The translations under genes were made by a program, and so were the position numbers. A model generated the notes under the pieces. That model did not search any database, had not been told where the DNA came from, and saw only the letters and a program-made list of their open reading frames with translations. DNA of 64,000 bases from Hadesarchaea archaeon (GTDB taxonomy: Archaea > Hadarchaeota > Hadarchaeia > Hadarchaeales > Hadarchaeaceae): NCBI GenBank assembly GCA_030601675.1, contig JAUWBN010000004.1, positions 2,113 to 66,112 of the forward strand, written 5' to 3'. This document shows positions 16,873 through 24,433 of this stretch, piece after piece; within the stretch, counting starts at the first letter, position 1; the number at the start of each line of letters is the position of its first letter.

Positions 16873-17516
16873 TCTATCACCAGCCCCACCCCACACCTCA
16901 CGTATTGTTTCGGGAACGCGCGCGCTAACTCCCTTTTGTATGAGGTACAGTGGCATGGAGAAATCAATTTAACTCTTTTTAGAATGTCGAAATCACTGAA
17001 TCCATGGAAACCACCGATGACGCCGTATATCTCGCCAAACTTTGATGCCGCAATTACGATTCTATGCATCCCAGAATGAGCGCAGCCCGTAATCACAAAT
17101 ACGCCTCTTTTGTTCAAACAGATTAATGATTGTTCTTTAATGCAAGTGCCTAGCTCGCCTGTCGTAAATACATCCTTACGTATCTGCATTGGTTTTCGAG
17201 CCTCAACCAGTTTTGTTTTTGCCGGAATTTGATTTTTTAACCACTTGGAAAACGATGTCAAGGCGTACACAGAAAGGTCTTGGTTTTCTTCAATCAGATC
17301 CGATAAACCACCAGTATGATCCCCATGCCCGTGCGACAATACAACGGATCTTATATCGCTCGGATCGATGCCCAATTTTTCCATGTTGTCTAATAAGGCA
17401 ACGCCATCGCCGCCAGTGTCGAATAAAATGTCATTATCGATTAAACAGGAAAAACCCCAGCCCGCCGTCAATCCTCTCTTTAACACTTCGTTGTCGTAAA
17501 CTACTGTTATTTTCAT
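16869..17516 (-). CDS. MBL-fold metallo-hydrolase (COG1237-type), second paralogue
   Basis: MKITVVYDN…GWGFSCLIDNDILFDTGG…VLSHGHGDHTGGL…GCAHSG…GGFHG. The internal ATG at 17516 was preferred over the track start 17564. Confidence 0.8.
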   Translation of the reverse strand: MKITVVYDNEVLKRGLTAGWGFSCLIDNDILFDTGGDGVALLDNMEKLGIDPSDIRSVVLSHGHGDHTGGLSDLIEENQDLSVYALTSFSKWLKNQIPAKTKLVEARKPMQIRKDVFTTGELGTCIKEQSLICLNKRGVFVITGCAHSGMHRIVIAASKFGEIYGVIGGFHGFSDFDILKRVKLISPCHCTSYKRELARAFPKQYVRCGVGLVIE

Positions 17517-17563
17517 GCCCGCAAGTCTCCTTTCGTAATTTTGTACAGTAAAGTTTATATACA

Positions 17564-17585
17564 ATTATGTGCATATGCCCATAAT
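17564..17585 (+). promoter_or_regulatory. Copy 3 of recurrent ATGTGCA(A/T)AT box, after TATA-like TTTATATA (17554-17561), in a divergent promoter region
   Basis: ATTATGTGCATATGCCCATAAT (imperfect palindrome). Located between the MBL gene (minus) and the DUF5320-like pair (plus). Confidence 0.45.
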
Positions 17586-17590
17586 AGGAG

Positions 17591-18106
17591 ATGGGGAAAA
17601 TGGCTTACGGTCAGGGAGGTTGGAGAAGGAGAAGAAGGAACATGTATTACCTCACCGGCCTGCCGGGATGGATGAGGTTCGGATATTCACCAGGATGGGT
17701 AGGCAGAAGCCCCACAGGACTGCCACCAACCGCTCAATATTTGATGCAGACGGGACAGGTGCCTCAACCCACACCTTACACGGCACAGCCACCAGCGCAA
17801 ATGGTGGTTCCTACACATGAGAACTGCGCTAATTTTGGGAATGGGTTCTGCCAATTATACGGTGCTGCCGTGGATCCTAGCGGCAGCGCCTGCCCAAGCT
17901 TCACACCGAAAAGTTCCGCTTCAGCGCCACAGACACCACCAACGCAACCCATGTTTCAAGCACCTGCCAGTTTTCCTCCAGCACAAATGTCCCAGATACC
18001 CAAAGAACAGGAAATTCAGGTGTTGGAGGGTCAGGCAAGAATGTTTGATCAACAACTAGAACAAATCAAAAGAAGGATTGAAGAACTCAAAAGGGAGGTG
18101 AAATGA
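17591..18106 (+). CDS. DUF5320-like protein (Arg-rich N-terminus, Cys motif, Pro/Gln-rich spacer, C-terminal coiled coil)
   Basis: 171 aa. GGWRRRRRNMYYLTGLPGWMRFGYSPGW…CANFGNGFCQLYG…CPSF…IPKEQEIQVLEGQARMFDQQLEQIKRRIEELKRE. The start may be ATG 17600. Confidence 0.65.
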   Translation: MGKMAYGQGGWRRRRRNMYYLTGLPGWMRFGYSPGWVGRSPTGLPPTAQYLMQTGQVPQPTPYTAQPPAQMVVPTHENCANFGNGFCQLYGAAVDPSGSACPSFTPKSSASAPQTPPTQPMFQAPASFPPAQMSQIPKEQEIQVLEGQARMFDQQLEQIKRRIEELKREVK

Positions 18107-18616
18107 ATGCCGTTCGGCTGGGGAAGAGGATTTGGTAGAGGATTTGGTAGAGGATTCGGATGGGGGGGCAACCCCTACGTCTGCGCGCGGTTCCCATGGC
18201 TTCCGAGGTGGTGGTGGACTGGAATGTACGGCCCCACGACACCTTTTACGGGAGCACCGGGGATGCCCTACACGTCGTATGGCCAATATGGCACGCCAGG
18301 GATGCCTTATTCGCCAGACTACACATCGCCTTATGGCCAATATGGCACGTACGCAACGTCAGCCCCAACAGCTGCACCATGGACAACCTATACACCGTAC
18401 TACGCGCCACCCTACAGCACGTATGCACCACCGGCCACAGCAATGCCGAGCATGACCTACCCATCGCCATATACACCATCACCTTACCCAACAGGCGCGG
18501 AGATCCCTCAAATTCCGAAGGAACAAGAAAGACAAATGCTTGAAGGTCAGGCGACAGCACTTCAGCAGCAATTAGACCAGATCAAGAAGAGGCTTGAAGA
18601 GCTAAGCAAAATGTAG
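18107..18616 (+). CDS. RGF-repeat / GNPYVCARFPWLPRWWW-motif protein with Tyr/Pro/Thr-rich spacer and DUF5320-like coiled coil
   Basis: ATG immediately after the upstream TGA, with a GGGAGGTGA SD. MPFGWGRGFGRGFGRGFGWGGNPYVCARFPWLPRWWW…IPKEQERQMLEGQATALQQQLDQIKKRLEELSK. Paralogous to 9495-9791 (N-terminus) and to 17591-18106 (C-terminus). Confidence 0.7.
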   Translation: MPFGWGRGFGRGFGRGFGWGGNPYVCARFPWLPRWWWTGMYGPTTPFTGAPGMPYTSYGQYGTPGMPYSPDYTSPYGQYGTYATSAPTAAPWTTYTPYYAPPYSTYAPPATAMPSMTYPSPYTPSPYPTGAEIPQIPKEQERQMLEGQATALQQQLDQIKKRLEELSKM

Positions 18617-18705
18617 GGCTCCAACAGCCTTATCAGCGAGTTCGACAACTGGGGCGAAGAGTACTACGATACGTGTGTAGCCTCATTAAATCAGATAGAC
18701 AAATA

Positions 18706-18722
18706 CTTATTGTGCAATCGCC
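18706..18722 (+). promoter_or_regulatory. Copy 4 of recurrent box (TTGTGCAAT variant) upstream of the Mrp/NBP35 gene
   Basis: CTTATTGTGCAATCGCC, 16 nt upstream of ATG 18738. Confidence 0.4.
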
Positions 18723-18737
18723 GAAAAGGAATTTTAA

Positions 18738-19598
18738 ATGGGAGTGAAGCAAGTGGAAGGAAGGATGAAGGAAATACAGGAGCAGGAGAAGCGTATCAAA
18801 ATACGGATGGCCAAAATCAAACATAAACTGGTGATACTAAGCGGAAAGGGCGGAGTCGGCAAGAGTACCATCACCGCTAATTTAGCCATCGCATTGGCAC
18901 GCAAGGGTCACAAGGTGGGTGTTTTAGATATTGACATTCACGGCCCAAGCATCCCCAAAATACTCGGCATCAGGGGACAGGGGTTGACCACAGGGCGGCT
19001 CGAAGGCCTAGGTATATTCCCGGCCAAAGGACCGCTCGACACCAAGGTCATCTCCATGGATTTCCTCCTTCCGAGCGATGAAACTCCAGTCATCTGGCGC
19101 GGCCCCATGAAGACGGGCGCGATCAGGCAGTTTCTTGCGGACGTAGCATGGGGCAACCTAGATTTTCTGCTTGTAGATGTACCTCCAGGCACTGGCGATG
19201 AACCCCTTAGTTTGATGCAGTTGTTGCCCGGCATCGACGGCGTTATTATTGTGACTGCTCCTTCTGAGGTTTCCCAAATCGTCGTCAAGAGGGCCGTCGG
19301 ATTTACAAGAGAGTTGCACGTGCCTGTACTAGGTATCGTTGAAAACATGAGCGGATTTATCTGTCCAAAGTGCGGGGCAGAAGTTGATATTTTTGGAAGC
19401 GGAGGAGGTCAAAAAATAGCGGGAGAACTGGGAGTGCCATTCCTCGAAAGGATTCCAATCGATTCAAAGATATGCGAGGATTCGGACAGAGGGACACCCT
19501 TCATCATCGAGCATGCCGAAACTCCAGCAGCCAAGGCATTCATGCGAGTGGTGGACAAAGTGGAGGAATTTTTAAAACAGCAGGGGGCACGAGCTTGA
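18738..19598 (+). CDS. Mrp/NBP35/ApbC-family Fe-S cluster carrier ATPase
   Basis: LSGKGGVGKSTITANLA (deviant Walker A), DIDIHGPSIP, VDVPPGTGDE, and the ICPKCG CxxC motif characteristic of the family. Confidence 0.88.
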   Translation: MGVKQVEGRMKEIQEQEKRIKIRMAKIKHKLVILSGKGGVGKSTITANLAIALARKGHKVGVLDIDIHGPSIPKILGIRGQGLTTGRLEGLGIFPAKGPLDTKVISMDFLLPSDETPVIWRGPMKTGAIRQFLADVAWGNLDFLLVDVPPGTGDEPLSLMQLLPGIDGVIIVTAPSEVSQIVVKRAVGFTRELHVPVLGIVENMSGFICPKCGAEVDIFGSGGGQKIAGELGVPFLERIPIDSKICEDSDRGTPFIIEHAETPAAKAFMRVVDKVEEFLKQQGARA

Positions 19599-20353
19599 TC
19601 GTCGACGAGTTATTGGGTCTGATCGAGGAGCGGAGAAGCCAGCTAGAAGACCTGACGCTCTCGAGGGTATGCGTGAGTCTCTGCTATACTGCGGTGATGC
19701 TAGATAACGGCTACGTTGGGCTCTGTCACACGCCTACTGAGGACATTGCACACACTCATTGGGGCCGCAGGCGGGACTTCCACGGCTTCAAGGCCTTGGA
19801 AATCACCCGCCTGGCGAATTCGCTTGACATGATTGAGAAGACAGTTGGCATCGCGACGTTGAATGCCCTCTCACAGTACCTGATGGACTCCGAAGGTTAC
19901 GAGCGGCAGTTTGGAATAGACGCCTTTGATGCGATAGATGTGAGGAGGGAAGACAGCGTCGCAGTGGTTGGGTACATAAGGCCCCTAGTCGGGAAGCTGA
20001 GGGCAAAGGCCCGCGAAGTCCACGTTTTCGAGCGCAACCCCCAGTTGAGGGGGGATGCCCTACCTGATACTTTTGTCGACTCGATATTGCCGAAAGCGGA
20101 TGTCGTGGTTATAAGCGGGTCGAGCTTGGTCAACGGAACGATTGATAGGTTGCTCGAGCTATCCAAAAGAGCTAGATTCGTGGTTTTTGCGGGGCCAACA
20201 GCCAGCACTTTGCCAGGGCCTCTTTTCAAGCGGGGTGTAAACATCGTGGCGGGTGTTCGCGCGAAAGGTCCTAAGGTGATGGATGCAGTAGCCGAGGCCA
20301 AACCATTTGTGGCATTCAAAGAGCTTGTGGAGAAGTATACTTTAAAAAGATGA
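19595..20353 (+). CDS. DUF4213/DUF364 ('putative heavy-metal chelation' Rossmann-like) protein
   Basis: VAVVGYIRPLV…VHVFERNP…LPKADVVVISGSSLVNGTIDRLLEL…VVFAGPTASTLPGPLFKRGVNIVAGV matches the DUF364 pattern. The TTG start proposed at 19595 overlaps the Mrp TGA (TTGA). The track ORF begins at 19472 inside Mrp. Confidence 0.75.
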   Translation: MIVDELLGLIEERRSQLEDLTLSRVCVSLCYTAVMLDNGYVGLCHTPTEDIAHTHWGRRRDFHGFKALEITRLANSLDMIEKTVGIATLNALSQYLMDSEGYERQFGIDAFDAIDVRREDSVAVVGYIRPLVGKLRAKAREVHVFERNPQLRGDALPDTFVDSILPKADVVVISGSSLVNGTIDRLLELSKRARFVVFAGPTASTLPGPLFKRGVNIVAGVRAKGPKVMDAVAEAKPFVAFKELVEKYTLKR

Positions 20354-20442
20354 AAACAGCCTGAGGGGTAAAACTGAATCGGCTTAAGCACATCGCTGCG
20401 GAGCTCAAAGAGCATGCACCTTTCACCGCTTTTGGGGCGGGC

Positions 20443-20982
20443 GTGGGGGTGATCGTGATGGTCGCTGTGTGTCTGGCCAAGCTCGACCCAGAGGTCTCTC
20501 ACCACGCCTTCCACATCCTGCACCCCGCCCACATGCTACTTAGCGCGACCGTGACCGCCGCGATGTTTAGGTTGCACAGGGGGGGTTTCGGGGCCTCGAT
20601 AGCCGTCGGACTCGTGGGGGCGGCTGGGATATGCGCGATAAGCGACATAGTGTTCCCCTACGTGGGAGGCACGCTACTTGGAGCCACCATGACCTTACAC
20701 GTATGCATTTTAGAACACCCGTGGCTTGTGCTCCTACCTGGGCTCGTCGGCGCGACAATCGGCGCTTTGACGGGGCGCTGGACCAAGTGTCCGCACGCGG
20801 CGCACGTGTTGATAAGCACCTTGGCCTCTCTCTTTTACCTCATCGGATTCGGGGCGGTGGACTGGCTCCCGATGTTCCCGCTCGTGTTCGTGGTGCTGTT
20901 CATAGCAGTATGGATCCCATGTTGTACGAGTGATATCGTGTTCCCTCTCCTGTTCGTGAGGAAAGGGAGGCGTCGGAGGTAA
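20443..20982 (+). CDS. Polytopic membrane protein with His/Cys-rich motifs (unassigned family)
   Basis: About 5-6 hydrophobic segments. HHAFHILHPAHMLLS, HVCILEHPW, CPHAAHVLIS and WIPCCTSD. The frame is open back to 20365 with no canonical start there, so the start is uncertain. Confidence 0.55.
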   Translation: MGVIVMVAVCLAKLDPEVSHHAFHILHPAHMLLSATVTAAMFRLHRGGFGASIAVGLVGAAGICAISDIVFPYVGGTLLGATMTLHVCILEHPWLVLLPGLVGATIGALTGRWTKCPHAAHVLISTLASLFYLIGFGAVDWLPMFPLVFVVLFIAVWIPCCTSDIVFPLLFVRKGRRRR

Positions 20983-20986
20983 TCGT

Positions 20987-21391
20987 GTGGACGAACTAGA
21001 TGAAATACGCAAAAGGAAGATGAAAGAGCTGGAAAAGAGATTTTTGAGAAAGAGAGAAGAAACGGCGATCGACGCGCCGGTTCAAGTCACCGCTGCTACA
21101 TTTGACCGTTTTATCAAGGAGCACCGAGTGGCGGTAATCGATTTTTGGAATGAATGGTGTACCCCCTGCATTATGATCGCACCCATTATCGAAGAGCTAG
21201 CGAAAGATTATGCCGGAAAGGTGGTTTTTGGAAAGCTGAACACCGATGAAAGCCCAGCGATTGCAGTGAAGTATAACGTGATGGCCATTCCGACCCTGCT
21301 GTTCTTTAAGAACGAAAAACCCGTGGATCGAATAATCGGTGCCGTGCCAAAGGACCATATCGAATGGAAGCTCAAGAAAATAATCGGATAG
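20987..21391 (+). CDS. trxA: Thioredoxin
   Basis: 134 aa, GTG start. FWNEWCTPCIMIAPI active site (WCxPC) and a thioredoxin-fold tail (…MAIPTLLFFKNEKPVDRIIGAVP). Confidence 0.85.
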   Translation: MDELDEIRKRKMKELEKRFLRKREETAIDAPVQVTAATFDRFIKEHRVAVIDFWNEWCTPCIMIAPIIEELAKDYAGKVVFGKLNTDESPAIAVKYNVMAIPTLLFFKNEKPVDRIIGAVPKDHIEWKLKKIIG

Positions 21392-21394
21392 TGG

Positions 21395-21754
21395 TCATGC
21401 GCCGAATTCTTTTATAGCATCCATTGCCATCTTGGTGTACGCAAGCGCAGGGCCACCACCCATCACCATCGCCACGAAGCAGGTCTCGATTATCTCGTCC
21501 TTCGTCGCTCCCGCCTCCATCGCCTTTTTAACATGGGTAGCTATGCACCAGTCGCATCCCCTGACGATCCCCGCCGCCAGCGCTATCAGTCGCTTCACCT
21601 TGGGGGAAAGGGCTCCCTCTTCAAAGGCGTGCCGCAGGAATACGTTGAACTGTCCCCCGACTTTCGGGGATATCTTTCCTAGCTCTTCAGCTGTTTCTGC
21701 CAGTTCCTTTGCCAATCTAACAGCTTCTCCTTCTTCCATCGCGATCACCCCCAT
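21395..21754 (-). CDS. Carboxymuconolactone decarboxylase/AhpD-like family protein
   Basis: 119 aa. LSPKVKRLIALAAGIVRGCDWCIATHVKKAMEAGATKDEIIE is the typical CMD-domain CxxC region. Confidence 0.8.
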   Translation of the reverse strand: MGVIAMEEGEAVRLAKELAETAEELGKISPKVGGQFNVFLRHAFEEGALSPKVKRLIALAAGIVRGCDWCIATHVKKAMEAGATKDEIIETCFVAMVMGGGPALAYTKMAMDAIKEFGA

Positions 21755-21833
21755 TTAACACTTATAGGCTATCGTTAAATCATCAAATGAGTTCTTATTA
21801 ACCCTTGAGAACGTCAGCGAAAAGGGAAAAAAC

Positions 21834-22427
21834 ATGGTAAATTGTGCGTCGTGTGTGGGAAAAGTGTGCTCGAGAGGGATCCCATGTCCAGTTGGCGAAC
21901 CTTTGAAAAAATTTACATTCAGGGAATACCGAAAAGCGAGTAACTTGAAACTCTATCAAAAATCCAGCTCGCTTGAAGTCGAAGGGTACATGAAATACCC
22001 CCGGGTGAAAGAACTCATTCGGCTGGCAGAGGAGATGGGCTGGAATAAACTGGGCATGGCCTTTTGCATAGGCCTTTCGGAGGAGGCGAAAAAACTGCAG
22101 GAGGTACTGGAGTCGCACGGGTTTGAAGTTCATTCGGTTGTTTGTAAAGTTGGTGGCGTTGAGAAGGAAAAATTCTCTCTTCCAAAAGGAAAAGATCATG
22201 CATGTAATCCAATTCTTCAAGCGATGGTCCTCAACGAGGTTGGCACAGACCTCAATATCATCGTGGGGCTTTGCATGGGACACGATGTGATGTTTCAGGT
22301 TTACTCGAAGGCGCCAACCACCACGCTTATCGTCAAAGACCGGGTATTGGCTCACAACCCAGCCGGGGCCCTTTACTCACGTTATCATTTCAAAAAATTG
22401 ATGAGGCGGCCGACAAAAGAGCGCTGA
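21834..22427 (+). CDS. DUF1847-like metal-binding protein
   Basis: 197 aa. N-terminal Cys cluster CASCVGKVCSRGIPC, later GMAFCIGL, VVCKVGG, ACNPILQA, GLCMGHD and KDRVLAHNP, as recalled for DUF1847. Confidence 0.65.
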   Translation: MVNCASCVGKVCSRGIPCPVGEPLKKFTFREYRKASNLKLYQKSSSLEVEGYMKYPRVKELIRLAEEMGWNKLGMAFCIGLSEEAKKLQEVLESHGFEVHSVVCKVGGVEKEKFSLPKGKDHACNPILQAMVLNEVGTDLNIIVGLCMGHDVMFQVYSKAPTTTLIVKDRVLAHNPAGALYSRYHFKKLMRRPTKER

Positions 22428-22437
22428 TGGTGAACCC

Positions 22438-23214
22438 GTGGAAATAGTTTATGGTCCTGTCTCGTCTTGGCGGTTAGGAAGGTCGTTGGGGGTGGATCTG
22501 ATATGCCAAGAGAAAGGAAAGGTGTGCTCGTTTGACTGCGTATATTGTTCGCTTGGGAAAACCACGGAGCTGACGGCTAAGCGCAGGGTCTTTGTCCCCA
22601 CCGAGCTGGTAGCGCGAGAGCTCAAAAAAGTCAAGGGAAAAGTCGAGGCAGATGTCGTGACTTTTTCTGGGACGGGCGAGCCGACCCTCGCCCAGAATTT
22701 AGGTGAGGCGATAAAGGTTGCGAAGGAGGTTTTGGGCCTCCCTATCGCCGTCCTGACAAATTCCTCTCTGATGACGAGGGAAGACGTGAGGAGGGACCTC
22801 GCCCGGGCGGATATCGTCGTCGGGCAGCTAGACGCCCCGAACGAGGAGCTCTTCAAGCGGATAAGTCGACCGCATGAGAAAATCGTTTTTGAAGGTGTCA
22901 TCGAGGGAATGAAGCGGTTTCGGGAGGAGTTTAAAGGCAAATTTTCGCTGGAGGTGATGTTCGTCCCGGAAAACACAGCTTTCTCTAGAGAGATTGCGAG
23001 CATTGCGAGGACGATCAGGCCGGACGAAGTTCAAATCAACACTCCCCTCAGGCCCAACCCTGTTAGGCCCTTAACCCCGGAGGAGCTGAAAGAGGTCCAG
23101 AAGGACTTCACGGGGATGAACGCCCGGTTCGTCTACGAGGCAAAAAAGCCAAAGGTAAAAGCGGTGGTCGGGCGGGAGAAGCTGAGGCAGCTCAAGCGGT
23201 CCCTTAACCCCTGA
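22438..23214 (+). CDS. Radical SAM protein (COG0731-like small type)
   Basis: GTG start. YGPVSSWRLGRSLGVDL…CSFDCVYCSLG (CxxxCxxC), and FSGTGEPTL, a SAM-binding GGE-like motif. Confidence 0.8.
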   Translation: MEIVYGPVSSWRLGRSLGVDLICQEKGKVCSFDCVYCSLGKTTELTAKRRVFVPTELVARELKKVKGKVEADVVTFSGTGEPTLAQNLGEAIKVAKEVLGLPIAVLTNSSLMTREDVRRDLARADIVVGQLDAPNEELFKRISRPHEKIVFEGVIEGMKRFREEFKGKFSLEVMFVPENTAFSREIASIARTIRPDEVQINTPLRPNPVRPLTPEELKEVQKDFTGMNARFVYEAKKPKVKAVVGREKLRQLKRSLNP

Positions 23215-24433
23215 GTCGCTTCCACGCTCGTCCCTTGCTTGCAATTACTGCCCCTACCCTCGCCGCTTGGGCGTTCGACGGCATCACCACCACTCCCGCG
23301 CGCTTCAATTTTTCACGTTGGGCGTCGAGGCCTTGGGGGTCCTTTGAGGTCCCCACCACCGATGCGACCACGCTGAGGTAACCCCCGCCTCGCTCCGCGG
23401 TCTTTTTGGCCCCAGTAATTGCCTTCGCCAGCTCCCCCGCGGGGTCGGGGTGTGCGCCCTGCCCCAGCACCACGTCCAACACAACTACTGCAGTTTCCCA
23501 GTCTCGAGCCTCCTTCAACATCCGCTCGCATCGCGGCCCTTGGTCAGCCACAGGGTGCCGCCCTCGAGCGAGTTCGGCTGCTCCGAAGTCGACGCAGGCA
23601 TGTCCCCTGCTTGAGTGTGGGTCGGGCAGCCGCAGGCGGGGCTTCAAGGGAACGTTCGAACGCACATCACCGATCAGCTCTTGCATGACCACCATCGCCT
23701 CCGCGCAGAGCATCCCGCCCGAATAGAGCCCGCGAATGTACTTCTGCCCGTAGCTGAAGCGCCGGTGCTCCCGCTCAGCAATTTTCCTAACCTCCTCGGA
23801 CGAAAGGGTAAAAGTCACCTCGCGGGTTCCACGCTTCTCGACGAGGGCAACCGCGTGGGCTGCCGCATCCTCGAGCGTTTTAGCAGGAACCACGCCCTTC
23901 GGGAACCTGGGCTCGCGCCCCGCCCCCAGAAAGCAGGCCACCGCGGGCTTGCCCACGGATTTGACGGCCCCGAGCACCCGCCGCGCGACGCTGGTGGCAG
24001 GGACCAGAGCGGCCACCACGATTACCTTTGTGGACTCCTCCTCCGCTAGGAACTTCAGTGCCCCCATCGTCCCCAGACCATCGACCCTTTGCGAAAGGTC
24101 CAGGGGGCCAACGCCCAAGGCATGGGATATCCCAACCTCGTCCACCAGACACGAAACTTCTTGAATCCCCGTCCCGAGGGTCCCGACGATGCCCACGGGC
24201 CCCCGGCGCACGGCGTTGGCGAACCCATAACCCATGCCCTCGATGATAGCCGTGCCGCACCCCGGGCCCAAGAGCAAAAGCTCACGTTCAGCGGCCGCTT
24301 GCTTGAGTTCGACCTCTTCTTCCAGCGAGACGCCGCCGCCGAGGAGCACCACGTGCTTGTCAGCTCGCAGCGCCCCCATCGCCTCATGAGCGGCGGGCGG
24401 GCCTGACCTAGAAACCACGACGAACTCAGCCAT
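23204..24433 (-). CDS. FdrA-like protein (succinyl-CoA synthetase-alpha-like CoA-ligase fold), short form
   Basis: LLLLGPGCGTAIIEGMGYGFANAV…VGIVGTLGTGIQEV…ALGVGPLDLS…KPAVACFLG parallels E. coli FdrA from about its residue 150 onward. ATG 24433 was chosen (track start TTG 24466). Confidence 0.75.
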   Translation of the reverse strand: MAEFVVVSRSGPPAAHEAMGALRADKHVVLLGGGVSLEEEVELKQAAAERELLLLGPGCGTAIIEGMGYGFANAVRRGPVGIVGTLGTGIQEVSCLVDEVGISHALGVGPLDLSQRVDGLGTMGALKFLAEEESTKVIVVAALVPATSVARRVLGAVKSVGKPAVACFLGAGREPRFPKGVVPAKTLEDAAAHAVALVEKRGTREVTFTLSSEEVRKIAEREHRRFSYGQKYIRGLYSGGMLCAEAMVVMQELIGDVRSNVPLKPRLRLPDPHSSRGHACVDFGAAELARGRHPVADQGPRCERMLKEARDWETAVVVLDVVLGQGAHPDPAGELAKAITGAKKTAERGGGYLSVVASVVGTSKDPQGLDAQREKLKRAGVVVMPSNAQAARVGAVIASKGRAWKRLRG

